Shown here in pieces: positions 21,301-28,363 of a DNA stretch of 64,000 nucleotides. Below the pieces are notes generated by a model. It was not told the DNA's origin. It searched no databases and saw only the letters and a list, made by a program, of their open reading frames with translations. Position 1 is the first letter of the stretch, and every line of letters begins with the position of its first letter. This DNA is from a virus (Duplodnaviria; Caudoviricetes), in IMG/VR virus record IMGVR_UViG_3300033067_000113, positions 9,199-73,198 of that record. The stretch is one strand, 5' to 3'. Position numbers and translations under genes: made by a program.

Positions 21301-23115
21301 AATGTTATTAATGTTCTTGTGACTTAATGCAAATCCTAAATTAGAATCTACAGTACCAGTACCTACTTTATATGAGAATAAAGTTGTACCTTTAAACGAA
21401 GAACCATCATATACTGATGTATCGCCTAGACTGTAACCTGCATTATCAACTACATCAAATAATGGAGTTTGATTGCGGCCAGTTTTCTGTTGTGTGACTT
21501 TCCAAGTTGCGCCATCATACCAGTACATCAGACCTTGATTCTTAGTACCTTGCTTAACTAGTACAACATCGTTTTCAATCGGATCGTCTTGTGCAATTAG
21601 TTGTACTTGGCGACTTGATATTCCGTTCTGTGTAGTATGCAGTACATCGATAAAGTTTACTAGATAAATTTTATTCTTAACTAGAATATCAGTGTCAGCA
21701 GTAAACAATACACGCATGCCTTGGGCTAGTGTGACTCCGTCAACATTATAACCTAAGCTGCCTTCAATTGTTGAAAACACATCAGTAGTATAAGTGTCAA
21801 TTAAATCAACATCAGGTACAGCTTTAAGGCCAAAGTTAAACAACTTTAGGTGTGCATCAAATTCAATAATTGGACGGACAGCTCGTGCTGACTGGTCAAC
21901 ACTGGCAATCTTTCCATTAAATGTTGCGCTGGCTTCAATAACATCCTTGTGGAACCAACGGTTGTAACGGCTCCATGGGTTATGGTCACGGCTGGCGCGG
22001 TTAATTACTACATAATCTGGGTTCTTAGCAAACGATGTTGCATCACTGAACGGCATGTTGTCGAATGGCGTATCATCAAACAGAACTGATTCAGTTACAG
22101 TATATGCACTTACTAATTCTAAGATAGATTCGTTAACTAAAGTGATAGCATCGCCGACACCTTCAACATAATATTGTCCAGTGGCATACTCAGCAGGTTC
22201 TACATTTCCGTAGAAAGATACTTTCATACCGTTGCTTAATGCAGTACCGTTTTCTAATGTGTAATTCTTCTTGCCGATAATTTCTGATTGAACATTGATG
22301 TAAGTGTTTTCATCAATTGATACTACTTGGAATACTCCGCCTAAGTCTAGATCATTCTCGCTTAGGAAGTATAGTACATCAGGAGAATCGTAAGGAACTT
22401 CAAATGTTAATACACCTAATTCAATTGCATTGTTTGTAATGCCTTTTGAATATCTTTCTCCGTCGCCTGCTACTCTAGCAGTCTTAATACTAAACGGATT
22501 TCCTGGACTAGTTACAGAAAACTTGTAAGTTTGTCCCTTGTATAATTTAACTGTAGGGTTTCTTGTTAATCCGTCAGGAGTAAACACAAAGCTGTTGCGG
22601 TTACCCTCAGCTTCAACTGTAACAGTAAACTCGCTAACTACTGCAAGGCGCTGTCCTTTAATTCTAATAATATCTGGGCCGTATGGTAACCAGTAGTATT
22701 GTTGAAAGTTTACAAACTTGTCCCAATTGATGTGCGGATCCCATGAGTAAAACTCTTGGCTGTTAATCTTAGCATGGTGGTTGGTGTTTGAACCAAATAC
22801 TGATAATTGGTTGATGTAATCTTGATAGTCTTTAAAGAAACTAGTATTGCCAATTGTATCTTTAACTGTGATACTAGGTTCTAACTGGTATTGCTGTCTA
22901 ACTGCATTAGCCGCGGCAACGAATACATCGTCACCAGTTGTTGCTTTACTATTTTGTCTACCGATAAAACCATTGACTTTATCAACTGTACCAGTTTGGA
23001 TTAACTGGTCTACTGTTGCTTGTAGAAATTTCTTATTGGCATCCGAGCGATAAAACCTTGGTAGGAATTCTGATGTCTTGCTATTGGTGGCGCTTGGATT
23101 AATCTTATCAGCCAT
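9319..23115 (-). CDS. Giant baseplate wedge protein (4598 aa)
   Basis: Single uninterrupted ORF directly downstream of the gp6-like gene (the T4 gp7 position). It contains FG-GAP-like propeller repeats (FGSSLAFGNDTLFVGA, YGSGFATAGNYIVVGAP) and GSGY-x-x-x-P repeats. Confidence 0.7.
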   Translation of the reverse strand: MADKINPSATNSKTSEFLPRFYRSDANKKFLQATVDQLIQTGTVDKVNGFIGRQNSKATTGDDVFVAAANAVRQQYQLEPSITVKDTIGNTSFFKDYQDYINQLSVFGSNTNHHAKINSQEFYSWDPHINWDKFVNFQQYYWLPYGPDIIRIKGQRLAVVSEFTVTVEAEGNRNSFVFTPDGLTRNPTVKLYKGQTYKFSVTSPGNPFSIKTARVAGDGERYSKGITNNAIELGVLTFEVPYDSPDVLYFLSENDLDLGGVFQVVSIDENTYINVQSEIIGKKNYTLENGTALSNGMKVSFYGNVEPAEYATGQYYVEGVGDAITLVNESILELVSAYTVTESVLFDDTPFDNMPFSDATSFAKNPDYVVINRASRDHNPWSRYNRWFHKDVIEASATFNGKIASVDQSARAVRPIIEFDAHLKLFNFGLKAVPDVDLIDTYTTDVFSTIEGSLGYNVDGVTLAQGMRVLFTADTDILVKNKIYLVNFIDVLHTTQNGISSRQVQLIAQDDPIENDVVLVKQGTKNQGLMYWYDGATWKVTQQKTGRNQTPLFDVVDNAGYSLGDTSVYDGSSFKGTTLFSYKVGTGTVDSNLGFALSHKNINNIGDIVFNFALATDTFEYKDVAEIVTKKIAAGHLVKSTESAAVAYVNGWQISSAKNTQAAIRIYKNSGKVNNFEIDIFDDVNNLLDLEVRIYVNGIRLDKSLWTLTTCPDYKKVVLTTDIATTDVLTIRAFTAQPVNSTGYYEIPINLQNNPLNETISEFTLGEVIDHVNSIVDNTVAFEGSYPGVNNLRDLGNVTQFGTKFVQHSGPASLSMYHITSDNNNVIRAVEQSQADYNKFKRSFITIAESLGVDIATVEHVNLVLAEINKDKPTTAPYYFSDMAGYTAKVANSFTVIDYRNKKYPLSENFDLTKLSNKAVYVYLNSTQLLYGTEYTFDGLGFVEILATLQNGDVITVYEYDNTDGCFIPATPTKLGIWPKFEPKIYTDTSLITPRVMIQCHDGSQVLAYGDFRDDLILELEKRIYNNIKVQYDTSIFNIYDFLPGYIRETQYSLAEFNEVLSPQFYKWTSLIDRDFSKPLSYDRNNSMTYNYRGHAAPDGRETPGYWRGIYRWMLDTDRPNICPWEMLGFFEEPTWWTSVYGPAPYTRDNLILWEDMAAGIVREPGKPAFIKAGFERPFLVGCIPVDESGNLISPLLSNMSTGVITPSAAGDFVFGDVSPIEATWRRSSHYPFAVILTMMLLNPSKIFGLLLDRSRIVRDLTGQLVYKDTGLRITPSDVVFPSIYSSKTRVQTSGIINYIADYIVSDNLKSFDSYVYDMDNLASQISYRVGGFTSKEKFNLLLDSKSPTASAGVFIPQEDYSIILNSSSPIKKITYSGVIITKLEDGFEVKGYSKTQPFFKYYPYTQDGRVVNIGGISESFSQWTQGEQYAAGKIVAYNNRYYRVKVLHVATTFDISKYQTLPSLPIIGGRDAYFRTKWNRDEAITVPYSTKFRTVQEVVDFLLGYGEWLKDEGFVFDEFNLNLGAVANWETSAKEFMFWTTQNWSTGSDKWKDWLPETETKFGEIVRYNGDYFRAIRTSPPSPFLIEDDFVKLDGLNTVGSSVISLSPSALKVTFNAPISVVDDIRNPFNGYEIFKADGTPITPNFLNSYRDDNKVSYTPQGEDGIYGATFYLVQKEQVVLLNNSTMFNDTIYNPASGYKQDRIKIAGYVTTDWKGAFDAPGFIFDQATIEDWEAWKDYSLGDIVKYKEFYYTANAFTPGTSAFEATSWYRLEQKPTAQLLPNWTYKAAQFTDFYDLDSDNFDAGQQKMAQHLIGYQKRQYLSNIIKDDVSEFKFYQGMIIEKGTQNSLNKLFDVLSAEGTDSIDFYEEWALRVGQYGANASFENIEFVLDEAEFKNNPQAFELVNTIDKTKVDFVYRQTPTDVYLKPLGYNNNPWPLVADYKAFLRTPGYVRPDEVKLIVSNIDDILTASNAGFVVGNYIWAGTDGPSWNVYRYTPTFIDVLDVTYDSGAKELTISSTKLIDLEVGSYIAISNVEKFSGFYKIKSKTLNKFTVDATVAGWTPFTEQLSILIYALTTQRISSIDLANEVIPSDILENELLWTDNSGNGTWATWKYNAVFTSTVLRNTNPAESLGYGRSINLNAAANIIGISTNKGEIVVYDKTPGQNAPWIQRQTIVQPFIAKSNSFGINPNSDLSAISEVVVASEDGRWLAVGSPRVGYACVTTISSTVLNQVDVNGTNLTLASHGVVSLYEKDKNNIYSLVTTFLSPTPVAGEQFGSSLAFGNDTLFVGAAGYASDTGIVYQVNYRDTISATPYYNPVGSTSNTLIVSSTAGITPGMYVRGTGFDGTQIVGLVVNSTKLVLNKAPSSTPDGILEFYSTGWKYADNTIESPVGPNQNFGELISISLATNRLLISAPGTTTPGNVFVYDLANDSYNLLQTITGTDTYFGQSTAISSSGKYIAISSILADDKKLNEGVVKVYELVAGEYVEYQTIKSTRPETSGHFGTKIAFLNDFETLVVYSKNADSTSEVTFDANTTFFDERVTEFKQTKVDNGTVDIFDRYDTKWIYSETLVNPSSAGDGYGSGFATAGNYIVVGAPYALDQTFVSGKVYEYRKPTNARSWNIIHREISKPDLTKVKKAFLYNRVTNKIVTYLDVVDPVQGKIPGIAEQEIKYKTFYDPAIYSVGDDTVNVDDGMAWAKSKVGMLWWDLRTAKFIDAYDNELTYRNSNWNTLFPGASIDVYEWVETTLTPAQWDEQADTEEGLTKGISGTSLYGSTSYSVKRRYDNISKTYKSTYYFWAKNKKTVPAINSRVKSAQDIADLISNPRGEGYKFLALTGSNTFSLVNAQPLLEDKDVVLSVEYWINDATNQNIHSEWKLLSNNPSSLIPATIENKWFDSLCGKDSQGRLVPDPALAPKLRYGVENRPRQGMFVNRFEALKQFVERANFTLLDTHIVNSRSLANLSSYDAEPNIASGYYDTVVDTDAELRFASVGSFVRPALTPVVVNGKIASVTIVAKGNGYLVAPEITVVGSGSGAVLKAIINAKGQITGVTIVSGGKGYADSTVLAVRDYCVLVRSDSGTNGTWSIHSYDATTLTWSRIKSQSYDTRRYWTYADWYATGYSQFTAINYSVDTFVELNNIAASIGNVVKVRTTNAGGWILLEKYADVDSIDWTQQYKVVGSQDGTIQLSKTIYTFTNTTYGFDGSLYDGSMFDNGASQELRIILTALRDDILIDDLRSEYLNLFFTSVRYVLSEQNFVDWVFKTSFVKAQHNTGSLRQLVNYNNDNLENYEEYINEVKPYRTKVREYVSGYSTLDNSALSMTDFDLMPVYQNKTTLPIATSIFEGAVVSDNDAINSYPWKHWKDNLGFTVTDLILVDGGSGYANAPVVKFVSDTGTGATGRAFISNGRVNRIVLLTPGSGYLSTPQVVIEGGLGSEGGVDARAVAYIGESVIRSNYIKMKFDRITQTYFITQLEETETFTGTGSRLQWPLKWAPDTRYGKSSVTVNGVEVLKDNYKLSTVKSTSRGYTSYSGSIQFTAPVAKDAPISITYIKDWSVLSAADRIQYYYNPASGELGKDLSQLMTGVDYGGVIVSGLDFGVSAGWGTLPYYSDKWDSFDPTFDDYIVTVSADDHVFELPYVPAAGTEINAYHVKYNTDEHLSDGVETTYTYNILDVKPVVTVVITIDAGTNTSGVSTITIDDTTGLKAGDVITATRTGVFGYDTTILSVVNGTQIKLSQILFDDLVAGESLIFTRTLIEPTDVTIYGNGTLVLVEPAPAGSTVKISSLLRPVRIDGVDNVMDTYIADGINSTITVPSEFTVGATDQFIFRKSTSDGSIKPQEADYDTALSGGDLAYSSATGLSADDIILDGDGFVTPTSSPATEEVVPGQVVDAVAIKVFDRPNSGSAQLKVDTYVANGTDAEFALTQQPNSKQAVIVKVGDTIMYETDDYTVDYQRKVVVFNAVPDAGKVVSLLSFGFAGANILDLDYFIANGLTSEFITKAPWVTALNGLVYVNGEQTDVEFFKTDDTYDSANRVGIRFPITPLANSVINFVIVSGADQSYSVTKTERFEVTESLEYNLQNSYGDSLPIEANMIVKVGQVVLDGPNNTYFTIKSNRLTYEIDPKRFVPYSVEITDLVVIAGSTLLVSGVDYIPNLGGISIKINKKVYAQHSGQQLIISIRSNSGYLFVPATSLASAKIVLADSYTVGSTLEVTSFYKHDILDIQRGGFTVKSDIALVPDTLEYYDYTGLTGGRIKLDRAVINDYYVMVTKNGELLVPGVDFKLLTDLSTIKLAINPVYDDRISIVTFGSNVLSAGIAYMQFKDMLNRVHFKRLSLNKQTELVRALRYNDLTIEVVDSSNFDIPNPAKNKPGVVEIRGERIEYFAINGNILSQLRRGTLGTGTPTVHPVGSKVQDIGPSETVPYVETSMIENVISTGTDTINLTSVTVALDNTWTYKGTTLSSAAAALLSQDAVEVFAGGTRLKKNPYVLYSVTQAPESPEGDVEFAAEFAVSTTENAINLTEVAPFGTRVTIVKRQGSSWDSTVNIQEDDTKIAKFLKDTPGIWYSEFKSIEYRENATFDGDNTSMDNATLTFDRG

Positions 23116-26100
23116 TAGTTGCTCCGTATGTAGAACTTGTTATATTTTGTTGCGATGTTGTTGTTGAAACTAAAGAAGTGTTACTTACAGATTTAATTGC
23201 ACTTGCAGTAATCCCTGAAATAATTTCAATGTCGTCGACTGTTGCGCCGTTTACAAATAATTGATCGTTGCTAGATTTAATTTCTAGTAAGCTACCAAAA
23301 TTTAAACCTGTTTGTCTTGGGACAATTACAAAGTTTGTAATATCTGGTGCTAGTTGAGTCATTACATAAGTTGATAACTCTGTAAAGTAGAAAGTGTCAC
23401 CGAAGTCCCAATTTTCTAATGCAAAGAATTCGTTAATAGCGGCAATTGCTCTTGCCTTAATGTCGTTGTCAGACACTACTTGATTAGTATTCTTTGTAAT
23501 TTTAAAACTTGCTTGAACTTCTGAGGTTGCAGTTTGGCCAAATAACACTTTGTAACTCGCTGGGTGGTATACTACTTCATCGCTGATCGACTTGATCAAG
23601 TTTAATGAAGGAGCAATAGTATTATATAGCTCATCTGAACTTGGCGGTAAAGGCATAACGGTTCTCGAACCTGCTAACCATTGTCTAAACTGCGTGTCGT
23701 ATCCCTTAGTAAGAACAAAGATATCCATGATGTTACTAGCGCCTGGATCAATTCTTGATTCATAATCTGCGCTATGTGTATATTGGAACTTTAATCCGCT
23801 ACGGCCAATGAATGCTTTATAATCTAAAGTAGTAACTAGATTGTAACCTGTTGAAAGTACTTTTACTACATCAGTATCAACAAAGTAAAAATACTGACCA
23901 ATGTCATAGCTACTTAATGTAGTTTTAATTTCAACTTCAGTTGCTTTAATTTCTACAGTTCTGTATCCGTTGTTTAACGAATTGTTAGAGATAGAGTTAT
24001 CAAAGTATTTGTAATCTTCTTGGCCTTGGCTAATAAAGTATCGCTGTTGAATAATATACTTCTCAGCTAACTCAATAGAGGTACTATCTGGGGCAACAAC
24101 ATTGACAAACAACTCAGGATCGTCTACAACGCCGTCGGCATCAGTATCAGCAAATGATACAATTAACTTTTTGTTATCAACATACCCATCTAGACCATGG
24201 AATTCACTAATAATATCCCACTTAAGATCAGTAGTAAACGGGCTAGTACTACCTGGCTTATTGTTAACACTTAAAATTTGAACAGTATCTGAAATTACTG
24301 AGTTAGTCTTGCTATCATATATCTTGTTTGACTTATCAAAGAAGAATCTAATCTGATTGTCGCTTTCAAATATGTAACGAAGCTCGCGGCTTGATACTGT
24401 ATAGAACTGATTGTCAGTTGTAAACAGTAACAACCAACTAGAGTCTTGTTGTTGATTGCTAACATCGCCTTGCTTACCTAAGCTAAATGCTGATGAAGAA
24501 TCTAAGTTTGATTCAAAAACAACTTGCCATGTTTGTGATGTAGAGTCGTAGCGTAGACCAAATGGCTTGTTAGCAAAAATTAAGTCTACCATCATAGACA
24601 CTGTTGAAGTGTCAATTACTGTTCTCCACTTAGGAACAATTTGTGCAATAACTGCACTTGAAGGAATTGTTTCGTTTAGTGTAATTGTACCGTAACCAGT
24701 AGCTAGTACACCAGTGCCAGCATTAGTACCGTCGCCTGCAACTGATACTACTTCAGCCCATAGTGATGAAGTAGATCCTTTAGCTGTTGGACTACCGAAT
24801 ACTAACTTATTTGATTTAGTTGTATCAAAATAGTAACCAGTAGGAGCATTAAATTTTACTAGCGCACCAGGTTTAAAGTATTTTAGATCAGTAGCTGTGT
24901 AGCTACCAACTTTGTAAATTGTTGCATCGACTGCATCGCCTACATAACCTGTAGACGAGTCAATGTCCGATGTCTTGTTATACCAAGAGATGTTTAAACT
25001 TTCAGAAACATAAACAACATACTTAGAATAATAGTAATTCTTTAAGTTACTATTTTCTAAAATGTCATAGATGCTGTTGTAGATAACACCTTCAATATCA
25101 GTTTTGTTTGCATAACTGAATCTAGTTTCAGCAAGGTACTCTTCTCTATAGATAATACCGTCATCTGCAAACAAGTTAGTTGAACTATACTTGCCTGTTG
25201 GATCAATAAGATCAAAGTAGCGACTAATACCTGCGCTTGATCTGTTAATTGCTTTTACTTTTGAAATTGTTTGACTAACACCGAGCGGACTAATGTTATA
25301 GTCTTCGCCTGTAATCATTCTGTTCTGTGTATAGTAAGTCGCAGGAGCGTTTGCTTTGATACTGTCGTTTGTTTCTGATGCGGCTGCATTCGATACACTA
25401 GTTGCTAAACTTAGAGTCAATGTTAATGTTTCTAATTGGCCAAGTTGAGAAATATAAGGAATACTTATTGCAACGCTACGGATATCTTGACTATTAATAG
25501 TATATTCTAAACCGTTACTAATTCTGTAGTAAGCACGGAATGTACCTAATGGCATATTACCAAAGGTGCCGTCGCTGAATACTAGACTAACTGCATCGCT
25601 AGCTCTAGTAACTACACCAAATATGTTTCTAATGTTCTTGTTAAGGCTGTTGTAAATTACATTGTTGCCTTCGAAGCTAGGAACTTTAGTCCACTCTTCG
25701 TATTCTACACCAGCTTGGTCAAGTTTATATAACCATACATCACTGTTGTTAATATTGCTAGCATCAATATCAATTGATTCGTTTGAGCTAGGTTGTGTGA
25801 TTGAAAAAGTTCCAGTGTTTAAACTACCTTGCACAAAGTTCAAGAAGAATCCTGTGGCAGCACTGGCAGCACCTTGTCCGTCATCACGGTATAAGAATGC
25901 TAGTTTGTTTCCAACTTTAGGAGTTTCTTCATAGATAAAATCTTCACCCTTGAATGTTGTACTAGTAATTTCAAAATTCATGTTTCTACCATCAACAGTT
26001 TTGTTAAAAGCAAAAACAGGAACATCTGTATTGGCAGCTTCAAAGCGATATTGCTCTGTCGGAATGCCATATAGTGTCTTTTTGTCTGCTGGATTGCCAA

Positions 26101-26608
26101 ACTGCTGAGTAGTTGGCATAGAAGCATTAATAACTTTAATGAACTGATCGTACCAGTTGCTGTTACTAGCATCATTCCAGCTAATAACTTGATTAGCTAG
26201 GTTACGACCGTTAGAGTCGATAACATTTTGTGTAGTTTGTATAGTACTAAACTTCAATAATCCTTGGGCTGCAAGGGTACGCTTAGAATTATAGCTCAAC
26301 ATACGAGCTAAACGCAATACGCTATCACGGCGCTCTGCTAGCTCTAGGAAGTTTTCGCGGGCATTTAGGTCAACGCGGAAAGCTATGCTTTGGCCCAAGA
26401 ACGCAATAAGGTCAATTAGGGCAAGGTATTCGCTAGACTCAATGTAATCGTTAAAATCTTCAGGATAATTTTGACGAATATAGTCAATCATAGTACGGCG
26501 TAAGTTCTCAAAGTCATAACTTTGGAAATCCGCATTACGGAAGGTTTGATATACTCTCTTCCAATCTTCTGCTACTAGCAGTCTATTTTGTCTATCTGTT
26601 GAACTCAT
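23108..26608 (-). CDS. gp6: Baseplate wedge subunit, gp6-like
   Basis: 1166 aa. N-terminal DFQSYDFENLRRTMIDY...LNARENFLELAERRDSVLRLARMLSY and later IKANAP..YYTQNRMITGEDY are gp6/baseplate-J family motifs. Confidence 0.8.
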   Translation of the reverse strand: MSSTDRQNRLLVAEDWKRVYQTFRNADFQSYDFENLRRTMIDYIRQNYPEDFNDYIESSEYLALIDLIAFLGQSIAFRVDLNARENFLELAERRDSVLRLARMLSYNSKRTLAAQGLLKFSTIQTTQNVIDSNGRNLANQVISWNDASNSNWYDQFIKVINASMPTTQQFGNPADKKTLYGIPTEQYRFEAANTDVPVFAFNKTVDGRNMNFEITSTTFKGEDFIYEETPKVGNKLAFLYRDDGQGAASAATGFFLNFVQGSLNTGTFSITQPSSNESIDIDASNINNSDVWLYKLDQAGVEYEEWTKVPSFEGNNVIYNSLNKNIRNIFGVVTRASDAVSLVFSDGTFGNMPLGTFRAYYRISNGLEYTINSQDIRSVAISIPYISQLGQLETLTLTLSLATSVSNAAASETNDSIKANAPATYYTQNRMITGEDYNISPLGVSQTISKVKAINRSSAGISRYFDLIDPTGKYSSTNLFADDGIIYREEYLAETRFSYANKTDIEGVIYNSIYDILENSNLKNYYYSKYVVYVSESLNISWYNKTSDIDSSTGYVGDAVDATIYKVGSYTATDLKYFKPGALVKFNAPTGYYFDTTKSNKLVFGSPTAKGSTSSLWAEVVSVAGDGTNAGTGVLATGYGTITLNETIPSSAVIAQIVPKWRTVIDTSTVSMMVDLIFANKPFGLRYDSTSQTWQVVFESNLDSSSAFSLGKQGDVSNQQQDSSWLLLFTTDNQFYTVSSRELRYIFESDNQIRFFFDKSNKIYDSKTNSVISDTVQILSVNNKPGSTSPFTTDLKWDIISEFHGLDGYVDNKKLIVSFADTDADGVVDDPELFVNVVAPDSTSIELAEKYIIQQRYFISQGQEDYKYFDNSISNNSLNNGYRTVEIKATEVEIKTTLSSYDIGQYFYFVDTDVVKVLSTGYNLVTTLDYKAFIGRSGLKFQYTHSADYESRIDPGASNIMDIFVLTKGYDTQFRQWLAGSRTVMPLPPSSDELYNTIAPSLNLIKSISDEVVYHPASYKVLFGQTATSEVQASFKITKNTNQVVSDNDIKARAIAAINEFFALENWDFGDTFYFTELSTYVMTQLAPDITNFVIVPRQTGLNFGSLLEIKSSNDQLFVNGATVDDIEIISGITASAIKSVSNTSLVSTTTSQQNITSSTYGATNG

Positions 26609-26626
26609 GATTTATCCTGTATTCAG

Positions 26627-26632
26627 TATTTA
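26627..26632 (-). promoter_or_regulatory. gp55-type late promoter (TAAATA)
   Basis: Minus strand reads tcgaTAAATActgaatacAGGAtaaatcATG, upstream of the gp6-like gene. Confidence 0.75.
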
Positions 26633-26654
26633 TCGAATAAAATTATGTGTGTGT

Positions 26655-27092
26655 TTATTGAGCTAATAAGCCGTTAGCCTGGTCAAAACGCAGTTGTAGA
26701 CTCTGGCTAATGTTGTGTGGTAAGAAGGTCAACATACATTCTATTTGTATACCATTGTCATAGCTAGTTACAATAACATTATCTGCTCTAATACGAGGAT
26801 CGTAGTTAACAATCTGATTTACATTAGTTGTAATCAAGTCTTTTAGATCTTCAGTTAAAGGCTCAAACAGCAAGTCCCATATGATTGTGCCAAACTCTGG
26901 ATTCATTAATCGTTCGCCCTGGCGTACATGGAAGTGATTTAGCAAGTCTTGCTTAACTAATTCAATATCAAACAAACTAAAATTTTCAGTAGTTGTATTG
27001 ATCGTACTGAAGCCTTTGTACATCTTAGGAGCAATTAAATCTTGCTTGCCTTGTCCCTTTAGTGTTACTTTGTTATATAAATTTGAGCTCAT
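26655..27092 (-). CDS. gp25: Baseplate wedge subunit / sheath initiator, gp25-like
   Basis: 145 aa with DIELVKQDLLNHFHVRQGERLMNPEFGTIIWDLLFEP...YDPRI, the GPW/gp25 family signature. Confidence 0.9.
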   Translation of the reverse strand: MSSNLYNKVTLKGQGKQDLIAPKMYKGFSTINTTTENFSLFDIELVKQDLLNHFHVRQGERLMNPEFGTIIWDLLFEPLTEDLKDLITTNVNQIVNYDPRIRADNVIVTSYDNGIQIECMLTFLPHNISQSLQLRFDQANGLLAQ

Positions 27093-28363
27093 TTCTGATC
27101 AGTTCCTTTAATTTTACTGAAAGTATCAGTAGTAGTTGAGTACTTTAGTGGTTGGCCGTGTAGGTTTTCATGTCCCGCCCACGGTTCAGCATCAGGAACT
27201 CTAGGTGCTACCGGAGCACTTGCACTTCCTGAGTTTAAATTAATAATGCCGCCATCAATATCAGTACCAGCATTTTGTACTTGTAGCTTGCCGCCCGAGT
27301 TGATGTTAACAGATCCGCCGGATGTTAGATTAATATCTTTATCAGCAGTAACATTAAAGTTACCTTTAGTGTGCATACTGATGTCGTCGCCTGCATAGAT
27401 ATCAATCTTTCCGTTGCTAGTCATTTCAATCCAGGTAGTTCCCCTAGCATTGCCAATATAAATCAAATCTTCGCTGTTGTGCAAAAGTATCTGATGTCCT
27501 GTTCTAGTTCTAATACGGAATAATTCATTATGAGGTATAGTATTGTTAGCGCCGGATGGACCATCTTGCTCTACACTAACATACTCCGGTGGGCCATCTT
27601 TGGCATGTGTCTTACGCAAGAAGTTTGCATCACCATCATCCATGACAAAAGTTGTGCCACCTAATCGGCTTACCGGCGCATTTGGAATCTTATGCTCTTT
27701 CTTGCCAACTGGGCCACGCTTGGCATTAGCTCGTTTATCAATAGGCCCAGGAGTACTAATACCGAACACACTACTAGGAGCTTCTCTACGAGCGCTACTA
27801 GTTGTAATACCTCGAATATCGTCGTCTAATAATCCTTGTGCTTGCAAAACATCTGCCAACGGATGGCGAGGTTTCTTAACTTGTGTTGGATCGACAGGAG
27901 TTGCGTTAACTGCTTTATTATATTCAGCAACCGGAACTCGCTTGCCGCCAGAACCGTCTACTACCGCAGAAGTTGCCGCAAGACCAGGAACCATAAAGTT
28001 CATAGAGTCGTCTGGAATACATCCCATCCAGTAACCTCTCTTAGGATCACCGTCAATAAAGATAACAACAACTGTTGTGCCAACATCGGGAGGTACAAAC
28101 CACATGCCGTAAGACTTCTGTGTGTTGTTGTAGTCGTTAGGATCATCGCCAACATAGTCAACACTTGTTTGTCCCCAGAAAGGACTCATCATTTTTACTT
28201 GATGTAGCTCGCCTTCCGATGCTTGGCCGCCTACTGGTCTTAGAATTTCAACTTCTAATACTCCCATGTAGGTAGGATCAAGATGGCTTACAACTTTTGC
28301 AAGGAACGGGCCGGGGCGTGGATCTGGTTGATCAACTGGTGCGTAGTTACTAGTATCTGTCAT
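27089..28363 (-). CDS. gp5: Baseplate hub/spike protein, gp5-like (OB-fold plus beta-helix; no lysozyme domain visible)
   Basis: 424 aa with the gp5/VgrG OB-fold motif YGMWFVPPDVGTTVVVIFIDGDPKRGYWMGC, then RIRTRTGHQILLHNSED and short beta-helix repeats. Confidence 0.8.
   Translation of the reverse strand: MTDTSNYAPVDQPDPRPGPFLAKVVSHLDPTYMGVLEVEILRPVGGQASEGELHQVKMMSPFWGQTSVDYVGDDPNDYNNTQKSYGMWFVPPDVGTTVVVIFIDGDPKRGYWMGCIPDDSMNFMVPGLAATSAVVDGSGGKRVPVAEYNKAVNATPVDPTQVKKPRHPLADVLQAQGLLDDDIRGITTSSARREAPSSVFGISTPGPIDKRANAKRGPVGKKEHKIPNAPVSRLGGTTFVMDDGDANFLRKTHAKDGPPEYVSVEQDGPSGANNTIPHNELFRIRTRTGHQILLHNSEDLIYIGNARGTTWIEMTSNGKIDIYAGDDISMHTKGNFNVTADKDINLTSGGSVNINSGGKLQVQNAGTDIDGGIINLNSGSASAPVAPRVPDAEPWAGHENLHGQPLKYSTTTDTFSKIKGTDQK

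Noticed and set aside
9319-23115. Intein or intron inflating the giant baseplate gene
   Set aside because: No splice-junction (C/S...HN-C/S/T) with LAGLIDADG blocks was recognised by eye and the frame is uninterrupted. An HMM scan was not possible.
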